IMG/VR virus record: IMGVR_UViG_3300025853_000044
Span: 31,368-95,367 of that record
Source of the DNA: a virus
DNA: 64,000 nucleotides
Strand: one strand, 5' to 3'
The notes beneath the pieces are model-generated. The model worked only from the letters and a program-made list of their open reading frames with translations. It was not told the origin of the DNA and did not search any database. Made by a program: the position numbers and the translations under genes. Shown piece by piece: positions 9,550 through 20,500 of this stretch; position 1 is the first letter of the stretch, and the number at the start of each line of letters is the position of its first letter.

Positions 9550-11060
9550 AGAACATGACAGAAAAAGATAGCGCAAAAGGCGGAAAAGCACAGATACACA
9601 ACATTCGGGCGGCGAAGACGGTTGCAGAAACCGTCAAGACAACGCTTGGCCCGATGGGTATGGACAAAATGATGGTTGATGGTGGCGGTAATGTCATCGT
9701 CACGAATGACGGAGCAACAATCCTGCGAGAGTTGGATGTCTCCCACCCCGGTGGGAAGATGATTGCAGAAGTCGCTCGTACCCAAGAGTCGCTGTGTTAC
9801 GATGGAACAACAAGTACGGTCGTCCTTTCGGGACAACTGCTCGGCAACAGCGAGATGCTGTTTGAGAAGGGGTTGCACCCCAATGTGATTTGCCGTGGTT
9901 ATCACGAAGCCGCTCAAATGGCGGTGAAGTATCTCGTTAATGAGGTAGCCCAAGACAGCGATGACCGTGACAGGCTCGTGCATGTAGCCAAGACCGCCAT
10001 CACTGGTAAGACCCTTGAAACGGCTCTTGATGCCGTGGCGGAACTGTGCGTGAGCGCAGTGGAGAAGGCTGGCGATGCTGAAAGTGTCAAGGTTGTTTCG
10101 TTCCCCGGTGGCTCACTTGAGGACTCATACCTGTACAACGGTGTGATTGTCAACAAGGACTTCGTGCTTGAAGGTGACAACGATTACCAAAGCATGTTGC
10201 TCATCAACACGGGTCTTGAGACTGAGAAGGCTGAGGACAATGTGCAGGTGCAACTTGATGCTAAGTCGTATCAGTCCTTCAAGGGTGCAAGTAAAGCCGA
10301 CTTGGTGGCCAGTGCAAAGCACATCGTAGATGCCATGCCCAAGGGCGGTGTCGTGTTCGTGCGTGATGGTGTGAGCGACATGGTGTGTTCGTACCTCAAG
10401 AAGAACGGTATCATGGTCGTGCGTCGTATGCCTGAATCATCCATGCGTGCCTTGGGTCGCATGTCCGGTCTTGACATCGTGCAGGTGCCCGAAGAGATTG
10501 AAGGTGCCGCCGATGTTTCAATTACTCGTGAAAGAAAAAATGATATTTGGTATTTATTTGTTGGTAGCGAACAAGAGAATGAAGAGGCCACGCTGGTCTT
10601 GCACGGTGCTACCTCGCACACGCTGGAAGAAGTTGAGCGTGGGTTTGATGACGCACTGGGTGTTGTCTCGCTGGTCATGAAGAGTGGGCAGTTCGTCGTT
10701 GGTGGAGGCAACGCCTATGTGCGTATGGCCACGCACCTGCGCCAACATGCCGCCTCAGTGGGTGGACGGGCACAGATGGCCATTGAGTCGTTTGCTGATG
10801 CCTTGGAGGTCATTCCTGCCACCATCGCTGAGAATGCTGGTCATGACCCACTGGACACGATTCTCGCTATGCGCCACGAAATCCTACAGGGTAGGGTGTC
10901 GGTTGGCCCGGATGTCACCGAAGGTGGTGTGCGGGACTTGCTGGCTGATGGTGTGATTGAACCTGTAGCATTGGTGCGTCAAGCCGTGCTGAGTGCTGGT
11001 GAGGTCACTAACGCTATTCTACGCATTGATGACATCGTGGCTCGTCGCCCTACGCAGTGA
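9543..11060 (+). CDS. Group II chaperonin (thermosome-like); start may be ATG 9555
   Basis: TLGPMGMDKM, TNDGATIL, HPGGKM, DGTTST, GLHP, VVGGGNA, GVIEP, ILRIDD. Confidence 0.95.
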   Translation: MVKNMTEKDSAKGGKAQIHNIRAAKTVAETVKTTLGPMGMDKMMVDGGGNVIVTNDGATILRELDVSHPGGKMIAEVARTQESLCYDGTTSTVVLSGQLLGNSEMLFEKGLHPNVICRGYHEAAQMAVKYLVNEVAQDSDDRDRLVHVAKTAITGKTLETALDAVAELCVSAVEKAGDAESVKVVSFPGGSLEDSYLYNGVIVNKDFVLEGDNDYQSMLLINTGLETEKAEDNVQVQLDAKSYQSFKGASKADLVASAKHIVDAMPKGGVVFVRDGVSDMVCSYLKKNGIMVVRRMPESSMRALGRMSGLDIVQVPEEIEGAADVSITRERKNDIWYLFVGSEQENEEATLVLHGATSHTLEEVERGFDDALGVVSLVMKSGQFVVGGGNAYVRMATHLRQHAASVGGRAQMAIESFADALEVIPATIAENAGHDPLDTILAMRHEILQGRVSVGPDVTEGGVRDLLADGVIEPVALVRQAVLSAGEVTNAILRIDDIVARRPTQ

Positions 11061-11064
11061 TACC

Positions 11065-11289
11065 ATGGGAAAACTGATGGACAAGTTGAGGCAGAAGTGC
11101 CCTGTGTGCAAAGCGTATGAGATACCTCGCCGCCTTCGTGGTCGCTTCATTGACTACGGTAGTGAGCGTGTGTATCTCTTGCACTGTCGCAAGTGTGGCT
11201 TCTTTTGGCTTGACCCATCAGTGAAGAAACTCAAGCCGTATCGTTTGAAGGGTATTTATTTGCACCCGTCAATGGACGAAGAGGAGTAA
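11065..11289 (+). CDS. Zn-ribbon protein (start corrected to ATG 11065)
   Basis: MGKLMDKLRQKCPVC...HCRKCGFFW; starts 4 nt after the chaperonin stop. Confidence 0.7.
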   Translation: MGKLMDKLRQKCPVCKAYEIPRRLRGRFIDYGSERVYLLHCRKCGFFWLDPSVKKLKPYRLKGIYLHPSMDEEE

Positions 11290-12480
11290 TCACTGCAACC
11301 GCACAAAAGTCGGGTCGGTGGCGTGGCTCACCGTACATACAAAGCGTGCATACCCACCGTCAGCGTCAGCGGTATCACCAATGGCTGATGTGGTAGAGTT
11401 GGTCAGTGCGAAGGTGCCGGTATTTGAACCATGAGTGTTTTTTATCTCAATGATGTAACCAGCAGGGAATGGGCCACTTGTAGTAACTGCAAACGACCCA
11501 CCGGGTGTTAGCACGAGGATGTTTGCATCAGCCGAGGTGATGTCAATGCTCGTGGCTGTGCTGGTCAACACACGGTCAAACACGGAACGGGTAAAGCGGG
11601 CGGCGTGGGTGCCGCTGTAGTACAGTACATCTTTCGCACTATCGCCAGCAGTTGTGCTTCCAATTTGAGAGCCGAATGATTGCCACAACGCACCAAAGCG
11701 GCTTGCGGTGAAATTACCTGTATCTTGGTTGTAAGCATCAAGTTCAGTGTGTATGTCCACAGGGGTTGTAGCACCTACGGCCCCACTGGTCACTGGTGAA
11801 AGGTACATTGGGGTAGGGCGCACAAACACTCGCTTGTCATTGCTTTCACTGATGGACAACTTAAGGTCGCCACCCGATGCAGAATAAACAACACGAAGAA
11901 CTGCAAGCACAACACTTTGCTTTACATCAAGACTTGCTAAAGGAGTGCTAAGAAATGCCGAAGGTGTAGTGGGATAGGTGTTAGATGATGTAGCCACAGG
12001 TGTGCCCAATTCCCATGTGATGCACTCTTCCGCAGTGTTGGTGCTTACATACACGACAATCAAGGCTTCCTGTCCACTGGTCAGTGCACTGTAATTTGAA
12101 GTGCTGGTATGGCTCCCTTGACGAGCATGATGGCTACTTGTTTGCAACTCCACATCTTGGGAAGAACCCGGCCCACCTGCAAACTTGTACAACACTCCAT
12201 CAAGCACTGCGTGACCACCCGCTACCCGCACAGTGTATGTGTTCGTGACTTGTTCACAAACACCCGGTAGGTCTTCGGGATTATCACGAATGCTTGCCGT
12301 ACCTGCTGTGTCTTCTTCAAGGATGATACCGTTCCCATGCACACCCTCAAGCATGTTTGTGAGGGAGGGGCTGGTGATATGTTCACCGTCTTCTAAACTG
12401 TCTGTAAAGACCCCGCTACCAGTCATTGCTGATGCGTGGTTTGCCGCTGTATGTCCCGATAATGGATTGCCTGTCATCAT
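11290..12480 (-). CDS. Putative virion/tail-tip protein
   Basis: 396 aa, Ser/Thr/Gly-rich with beta-strand character; last gene of the tail module. Confidence 0.5.
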   Translation of the reverse strand: MMTGNPLSGHTAANHASAMTGSGVFTDSLEDGEHITSPSLTNMLEGVHGNGIILEEDTAGTASIRDNPEDLPGVCEQVTNTYTVRVAGGHAVLDGVLYKFAGGPGSSQDVELQTSSHHARQGSHTSTSNYSALTSGQEALIVVYVSTNTAEECITWELGTPVATSSNTYPTTPSAFLSTPLASLDVKQSVVLAVLRVVYSASGGDLKLSISESNDKRVFVRPTPMYLSPVTSGAVGATTPVDIHTELDAYNQDTGNFTASRFGALWQSFGSQIGSTTAGDSAKDVLYYSGTHAARFTRSVFDRVLTSTATSIDITSADANILVLTPGGSFAVTTSGPFPAGYIIEIKNTHGSNTGTFALTNSTTSAIGDTADADGGYARFVCTVSHATDPTFVRLQ

Positions 12481-12821
12481 GCCACCTCAATTGCGATTTG
12501 GATTTTTAATTCATTTGCTGATGATTTAGTTATAGGGGAAATTGTGTACCGAGCCACGGGCGTGAAATCGCTTGTATCACGGAACTGGATGTACACCTCC
12601 TTTATTTGGTCAGCAAATGTAGTGTCATAGGGTAGTTTGGCCTCAACGAGTAGAGAGGTGTCGTCCACGATGGTGATGGTGGGGGTAAGGGTGATAGCAG
12701 GGCGACCCGCCGAGCCATCGTCAGTGGTGGCTGGTGTGCCGTCAAAGCCCAAAATCACCTCGTTGATGTTGCTGGCGAGTGTGTCAAGCAACAACCTTCG
12801 CATGTAATCGCTAATCGGCAT
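12477..12821 (-). CDS. Small tail/baseplate protein resembling tail-fibre N-terminal attachment domains
   Basis: IKEVYI...ARYTISPITKSSANELKIQIAIEV pattern; coupled gene. Confidence 0.45.
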   Translation of the reverse strand: MPISDYMRRLLLDTLASNINEVILGFDGTPATTDDGSAGRPAITLTPTITIVDDTSLLVEAKLPYDTTFADQIKEVYIQFRDTSDFTPVARYTISPITKSSANELKIQIAIEVA

Positions 12822-14226
12822 AGATGTTCCTCCTTTCCACTGTCTTGTTTACTCCAATAGGCAAGCCATTTCCGCCTATCAGTCCACGATTATGTGTTCC
12901 CTTCACACCACCGATAAGGTATGCTGTGTTAAATACTCCTCTTTCCTTAACGACCGATACGATACGCAACTCCACCTTGCCAAACAAGGCCAAGTTCTGT
13001 TCCACCACCTGCACATAGGTGGCGGGGTTGCTGTCGTTTGCGCCCACGCTACTGCCCTCGGCCACGCCCTGTAGGATGCCCTCAATACCCGTATCTAAGT
13101 TCATCATTGTGAGGTCGCTCATGTTCTTCATTGGCATGTGTTTAACCTCAGTAACTACTTTGTTACCACCGTCATACTTGACAGTCATACCGGGACGCAG
13201 ATTGAGTAGGTTGAGGTGGCCAGCACTGGATATAGAGCCACGGATGAGCGAGCGTGATTTGAGTACCTGCCGTGCTACACGACGGGCGGCGTTGGTGGTG
13301 CGGGCGGTGTTGTCCACGATAGGTGCGCTGTCCTCTCGCACTTCCTCTACCTGTCCTTCTACATCGTCCACCGTGACAATCACCAAGTCATTGAGAGCCA
13401 ACGGCTGGCCTTGCACAGTGACACGGTTAGCGATGTTCTCAATCGGGTTATCGGTCTTGGCACCGAATCGCAGGTTCTTGTCCACGAACACGCTTGCCTC
13501 GCTGAATGTGATGGGAATGTACAACAGGTTGCCGAAGCGGTCAAGCAGGAGCATACGGCTGTCGTGACGGCCAAGGAAGCGCAGAGCGGTCATGAGGTTC
13601 ATGTTGTTGAAGTCTTGACCCACGAAGCGTGTGCTATGCTTGCGTGCTGATGATGCGGTGACATTCTGTGGGCGTGAGATGTTCACGCTGGTTGCACCGC
13701 TGTTGATGGACTCACCAAGGCGCACAGCCAAGTCTGTGGTACGCAGGCCCACATCCACAGGCTGGCCGAGTTTGACAGTGCGACCAGTGAACCCGATACC
13801 ATCCAGCGTCTTACCCTTCATGTTGCGTAGGTTTACCAACACACCAAACGATGATGATTCAACCGTGTGCGGCAACAGGCGTTGCGCTGATGCGTCAGCG
13901 TTGTAGATGAGCATGGGGCTGTTGGTGCTGGAAATTAAATCATCAGCAAAGAAAGGGGCAGTATTGAGTGAATGACCGGGGGTATTGTTATGCGACAACT
14001 GGATGTACGATTCACCCTCAAGGATGCGGTAATTGCGTTGCGGCATCACTTGTAAATTACGAGTGTTTTTCTTTTCTACCGTGACCTTAGCCTTGTTTGC
14101 CTTCTGCACGCTGATGCGACCGTGATGAATGGCGTTGTCCACGAACACGGGCTTACGCACATGCGTCATGACCTCATCTGCATCAGTGCTGTACCGACCA
14201 GTCCTTGTGTTCTTGAGGACGGTCAT
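12811..14226 (-). CDS. Putative baseplate hub / tail-tip protein
   Basis: LRFLGRHDSRMLLLDRFGNLLY, ANRVTVQG and LRPGMTVKY...VTEVKH resemble hub (gp27/gpD-like) proteins. Confidence 0.5.
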   Translation of the reverse strand: MTVLKNTRTGRYSTDADEVMTHVRKPVFVDNAIHHGRISVQKANKAKVTVEKKNTRNLQVMPQRNYRILEGESYIQLSHNNTPGHSLNTAPFFADDLISSTNSPMLIYNADASAQRLLPHTVESSSFGVLVNLRNMKGKTLDGIGFTGRTVKLGQPVDVGLRTTDLAVRLGESINSGATSVNISRPQNVTASSARKHSTRFVGQDFNNMNLMTALRFLGRHDSRMLLLDRFGNLLYIPITFSEASVFVDKNLRFGAKTDNPIENIANRVTVQGQPLALNDLVIVTVDDVEGQVEEVREDSAPIVDNTARTTNAARRVARQVLKSRSLIRGSISSAGHLNLLNLRPGMTVKYDGGNKVVTEVKHMPMKNMSDLTMMNLDTGIEGILQGVAEGSSVGANDSNPATYVQVVEQNLALFGKVELRIVSVVKERGVFNTAYLIGGVKGTHNRGLIGGNGLPIGVNKTVERRNIYAD

Positions 14227-14235
14227 GGCTTAACC

Positions 14236-14571
14236 TCAGCAGTTCCATCGCTTCAAGGATGCTCCCTTTGGTGTGAGTTTACCACCTTTACTGGTCGGGC
14301 CTTTGACACCCGACATGCGAGCGCAAAACGATTTACGACGCTTTGCCTTCTTTGAGCCGGGTTTGAGTTTGCTTGGTTTGGTTGTCACGGGAGGTTTGAG
14401 GTTTGCACCACTCTTACGCTTGGCGGCGGCACGACCTTTAGCGTTCAGTCCACCTTTCTTACTGTGCTTATTTGGGTTATAACCATGAAATGGCTTACTT
14501 TTTTTGGCCTTCATTACAGCAAAGGCTAATTCAGCAGGCGAACAACAATCACAAAAATCGTAATCCATCAC
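14236..14571 (-). CDS. Small, very basic protein (DUF6321-like)
   Basis: GGLNAKGRA...NLKPPV...RRKSFCARMSG...SLKRWNC. Confidence 0.65.
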   Translation of the reverse strand: MMDYDFCDCCSPAELAFAVMKAKKSKPFHGYNPNKHSKKGGLNAKGRAAAKRKSGANLKPPVTTKPSKLKPGSKKAKRRKSFCARMSGVKGPTSKGGKLTPKGASLKRWNC

Positions 14572-17500
14572 GAAGCATCACCACTATGGTCATTTGAATT
14601 GTAGGAGACATCTCCTTTATGTCCTTTGGGATGCAGGGATTGGGAGAAACGAGGCTGGACGGTGTAATCCATGCGCTCTTCCTTGCTCTCGCCCTCTTGA
14701 TGGGTGCGGCGGCGAGCGGCATCTGCACGGTAGTGTTGCAGGGTGTTTTCACTCATCACGACACGAGTAATCTCGTTGTCCAATAACGATGAATCAAAGC
14801 CCGTGGCGGCGGTGCCGATGATTTTCGGGCCTTGACTCATTGGCACAGTGTCACTTGTACTGATGTCCATGTAGTATGCGGGCGCATAAGGTGGGTTGGT
14901 GTCGGGGTTGGTGCTACGAATGTAGGAGCCTGCCGATGCTTGACCGTTGGTTGTCTCGTACACATATAGCCCGTACTTACCACCAGCGGTGGCACCGAAG
15001 TAGTTGCTACCATACTGTGGGCTTGATGAGTGCAAGTTGAGGTTGGAGCGGAACATCTCGGCATGTTGTTTGTCCAGTAAACGAACTGGGCGCAACATGT
15101 AGGAAATGCGCTTGTCGGTGAGGTTGGTACGCTGGTGCCCGTTGGTGTCGGTTTGATATGGGTTGCTGGACTTCCATTGTGAAACATTGTTTGTGAATCC
15201 GTATTTTTCCGCAAGGTAGCCTTCTACTTGTTGTCTTTCTGTTGTACTCATAGCCCGATTATACTGAATGATTTCTGCAATTTTACCTTTTAATTCAAAC
15301 GAACCTACATGGCCGATACCATATGGGTCTTCATCAGCCACATACCAAGCACCAGTGCTACTTCCTACACTAACACCTTGTAAAAATAGTTCAAAGTTAG
15401 CGTTGCTACCTGCGCCATCTCCACCTGCTATGGTTCCAGTAACCAATTCTGCTTGATTAACGACTACAGCATTACTTGGGGAGTTTACAACAGTGTAAGT
15501 AGTGTCAGCACCACCTCTCCACTGCCACTTGTCGCTTGAATCCCACCGAATAAACAACGAATGACCAGCACGGGTTACTGGGCTGTTTGCGAATGTTTCC
15601 AAAACCCCTTGAGCATTTCCATCGTCGTCATCCGACCAAGCAACGACAAAGAGTGTTACATCGGTAGTGTTTAAGCGAGCATCAAATGGTGTACTCATAA
15701 TGTCTGTTCCATCACAATCTACAACTGGCATGTTGTTCACATTGGATGATGACGCAATATAGACTGGTTGTTTGGATGCAGTAGATTGTGTGAACTCAAA
15801 GCCATGCGGCCCGCTGTCTTTCCATGATGTTACAGCCGCCCCGTCTGCCAAATCAAGGCTATCGGCTTTGAGCCACAACGCCATGCCGGATGTGGGAATG
15901 CCGCCCCATTCAGTATCGTCAATAGGTGATACGAAGTTGCGGGCTTCTGCAATGTAGGTACCGCCGAGTGGGTTGAAGTTGGAGGTATGGGAGAGTCGCA
16001 TAGCACCACCCTGCGGCTGGCCGCTGAAGTCAAGGGCGGTGAGGTCGTAATGGCCAATCGTCTGCGAGCCTGCTTGCATACCACCATGCACGATAACACG
16101 CTGGCCTACACCACGGTCGGAGTGTAGGCTGTGAGCCTCGGTGTTGATGGCAATGAGGTTATCATCCACACCCTCTACATTCTCAGTGTCAAGTCCAATG
16201 CGGGGTGCACTGCGGCTTACAGCGTCTTTGTGTGGAGAGTCACCGCTCACGGTTTCTACACGGTCGCTTACCACGGCTTCCGGCTTGAGCAAGCCGTCTT
16301 CTGCGATGTCAAGGCGTGCGCTGATACCACGAGGCACCTCGTCAGCCTGCAACACATCGTTGCGAGCACGGATGTAGCCGTCGTTCATGTTCGGCTCAGC
16401 GGTGTGATGAGACAACACAACACCCGATGCGTGATACGGCTCGTCAAGGGCTGTCAACACATCCTCGTTAAAGGCAGTAGGGTATCGCAAACCACGCCCG
16501 TGCCCGTCGTCGCCAACACGGTGAGCGTTGGTGGGGAAGTACACATCCACAAGTTCAGTAGCGTCGTTAGAGTTTACATTGTTAAGCCGTCCAGCAAAGC
16601 GTGGTATAGTAAAGCCCGTCGTGACACTGATGTTGCCCGAAGCATCTATCAACGCTTTCGTATTCATGATTGGGAAGCCACCGTTGTAGATTCTGTCAAA
16701 CGGTGTTTTGTTGCCGGTGCGGTCATATTCGTACACATCACCAGCATCCCACGCAGGGCGAATACCGAAACCACGAACAGGGTGACGGCGTACTTCTTCA
16801 CCACGGGTGTTACCCCACCAGTCCACCAAATAGTACGCTACAGCCTCATCCAACTTGTAGATGCCCTTTCCTTCTCCATCTCCCCACCAATCTCGTAGCA
16901 CGCCGCTTGCGTTGCGTAGTGTGCGTACAGGACAACCGAAAGCACGAGCCATACGCATTCCATCACTGTAGCGCACCTGCCATTCGGGTTTATCCACACC
17001 GAGCATACCGGAGAAGTTGGTCTGCCGTTCCATAATACCGAGTTGAGTGTTGGGGTATGTGCCATTGGAAAGACCGCTACCACCTGCGTATGTCCATGTT
17101 TCAGTCTCGCCTTGCACAAGTGGGCCGTGTGGATAACCCACGCTGGTGTTTGTCCCAGTTACAGCGGCTTCTCGGAATGCACGCATACCATACAACGACC
17201 ATTGTGGTTTGTTGTAGGGTTGGCGTAGGCCAATACGATAACCGAATGGTCGGGTGCGTGTTTGTACAGGAGTGAATGTGAGCGTGCCATTCGTCACAGA
17301 CCCACCCGTGGTGGACGCACTCAACTCAAAGGTCGTAGCGTTGGTGATGGATGAAACCGTGGCACTTCCCGGTATGCCTGTGCCACTTACTCCCATACCG
17401 ACTACAAGTTTTGCCGTAGAATCCATGGTGATGGTCGGGTCATTGTTGTAGTCGCATGTTGCATCGGTAAACGCATCGTATGTGGATTTGACCACACCGT

Positions 17501-20500
17501 TGGTGACAACATACGAACCGTCATCGTCTTGGTCAGCCCACACCGGGCCGTCAAAGGTGTATTCTCGTGGGAAGTCCCATGAGGTAGAAACATACCCATA
17601 CCCGTCAAGTCGGCTGATGAGTGGGCCACCACGACTACCACACGGCCAGTAGTGGTTGAGATTGGTTTTGGTTGCGGCATCGGAAGCATCGGCCTGCCCA
17701 CCCTGTGGGTCAAAGTTACCAGCAATTATCGGACTACCAAAGGTGGTGTCAAGTACATCGGCTGTTAGCATACTTCCGATAGCGTGTGCCATTATGGTAG
17801 AACCAATTGGTATGGTAGCGACTATTGGTTCAATAACAGGCATAACACCAAGTACATGATTGTCAAATACACTACCACCGTCGTCTTGTACCGTGTAAGC
17901 GATACCATCAATCATTATTTTTGTTCCACCGACAAGTTTTGCAGTTCTGCGAGTTGTGGTGATGAGTTTATTGGGAATATCTACCGATACTACAGTAGAT
18001 GGCACATTAGTTCCAACTGAGGCGTGAGCAATGATTTCGTATGGAGGGGCCGGCGTTTTGCGGTCAAACGCAAACGGGCCGAGGCTGGCGTAGTATGCCG
18101 CATCATGGTAGTGTACAGTCTCAAAGTGTTCGGGCATACTGTTCAATGGTTTTTGGGCAACAGCACGGTCAGTCAACGGGTTGAGCCATGTACGGCTGGA
18201 ATCCGAGTAGAAGGTGTGTGGTCGGCCAAGGTTGGGGTGCCATAGACACAGGAAGGCATCGGCCACATGTAGGCTGTTGGTATCTCGGCTACCCTGTAGC
18301 ATCTGCGGTAAAATGCGTGTCACCATGCTGGTCTTGGAGTCTGTAAAGATGGCACCAGCAGGGCGGAAGTCGTAGGCACGGGTAAGGCGCAATTTTGTGC
18401 CAGCGGTCAGATTGCTGGTGAAAGAAGACTTGGCTGTGATGGTAAACTGCTTTGGTTTGTTCATGTTGCTTGAATCGTACCCGCTACGCTCAGTGTAAGT
18501 GTGTGTGCGTCGTACACCGTTTACATCCGTGTATTCCAACTTGTTGCCGTAATACGGTTTCTGTGGGAAGCCACGAGCATCATCAACAGTGATTTGAGTT
18601 GTAGAATCAACGCTTACTACAGTACACACAGGATTGAGGCTGATGTTTTCAAGCACCTCGTGGTAGATGTCGGGGTAAATGCTTGGATAACCTGCGAGTG
18701 TGATTTGACACGCTATGCTTCCTGTGCTTGCACGAAGGAACTCGTAGTAGTTGTCAAGTCGGTGATGGTTGAGATGGCGGAACCCTGTAGCGTCAGCGTG
18801 GTCGGGGCCGTCTTTATGGACAATACTCCACCATGGTATGTTGGTCGTCATACCCGGTGTAGCGTTATCAAACATTTGTGGTTGATATGGAAGTGAACGC
18901 TTGACAAAGGCGGGGCTTTCGGTTGCCTGTACACCCAATGCGTTGTACAGCATCAACGGTGGGATGTTGGTGAATTGGCTACCGTGGTCGGGGTCATGGT
19001 CAAGAATCAACTCATTGACAAACACCTCACAGCCTCGTACATCGGCCATCGTAGCCTCAGCCAACACAAGACCAACAGCACCCGTGGCACTGTCGGGTTC
19101 TCGTAGGCCAATAACCAGTGCAACCTGCTGGCTGGTCAATTCATTAACCGAACCATCGGGTAGTGCTGTTGCTCCACCATTGGCGTGATAACCCATGAGT
19201 TGTGATTTGTGGATGTTAGGTTGAATGACGATTTGGTATGCTCCCACTTCACTTGGGTCGGGGAAGTGATGACGCAGGGTGTAGGTAGCGGCGGCTTCCA
19301 ACACGATGGTGTGTCCACCAGCGGCATTGATGACACCAGCCTGTCCTTCGGATGCCAGCACACCGTATCCGTCGCTACGAATCTTGGACTCAAACATCAG
19401 CGTGAAAGCCCCACCGTGTATGTCGCTTGGCCCACTGGGTGTGGCCGTGAGCGCACCGAAAGTATGCAGGGTATCGTAACCGTGTAAATTGTTTGTGAGT
19501 GTTGTTGAGATGTCAGTCTTCAAATTGCTCATGGTTTGCTCTTCCATCAACAAGGTTTCGTGCGGTTTAACCGTAGCAGAACGGATTGCTCGGTGTTTGT
19601 TGTACAACCCTTGGTATGCAGGATGAGCGAAATGGCCGGGGAGCATGGCCATTGTAGGGTTGACAAAGTGATGCCCCATTCTTGGTAATGCCATTGGTGT
19701 CATTTTCGGCCTTGAATAAACCGTATGACACAACAAAGCGTTGAGGGTTAATCCTGTGATATAGGTGCTGTGTACAATGTCGGGACTGTTGCCACTCACT
19801 TCCGCATGGTCACGCAAGCGGCGTGATGCAAAGAAGCGAGTGCTACCAGCAGGGATGTAATACGAAGGTACGACCTTGAGCGTTGTGATAGATGACTTGA
19901 CCAATTCGGCAAAGTCGGCATCACCTACACAACCTGTGAAAGTAGAACTGCTGATACCCGTGAACGATGCAACTCCACCTTTATCGGTTGTGGGGTCATA
20001 CAACCGTAGGAATTTGCGGCCATCACGAATAGATTCGTTAAACAGCGAAGCGTTAGGAGCAGTGTTGACAGTGAGAGTGGTGCCGCTAAACGATACAGCC
20101 GTCAATTCAGCGTTGACTACACCACCCGCATGTGTGTAGAAAGTTGGGTGGCGGTGGCTGTGCGTGTTGCCGTTCTTCGTGATGTGGAAGAACAGTGTGC
20201 GGTCGTGCAATTCGTAGGATGTTTCAAGTGGTGCGTTGCCCGTGGCTGTTTCCCATCCTGCGTATGTCGGGTCGGGGAACGAACCTTGGCTGATGTGTTC
20301 CCAGTTGTGGTCGCTGAATGTACCACCAAGGCGTGGCCCCTTTGTATCATCAGTAAACAAATGCTTGATGCTACTGCTTGACATTGGGCGCATCATACCG
20401 CCAGTGCCCATGCTTTCGTTTTGGTAGGCTTGCAGGCGGTCAAATCCAGCACGAATGAGAAGGTTGCCGGGGATGCTATCGGGATGGGGCAGACGCACTT

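Noticed and set aside
349-10748. Minus-strand and off-frame ORFs over the replication operon
   Set aside because: They overlap well-supported + strand genes and show no motifs.
9543-11060. Host chromosomal DNA or provirus boundary at the thermosome
   Set aside because: The gene is coupled to viral neighbours; I saw no integrase, att site or other host housekeeping genes.
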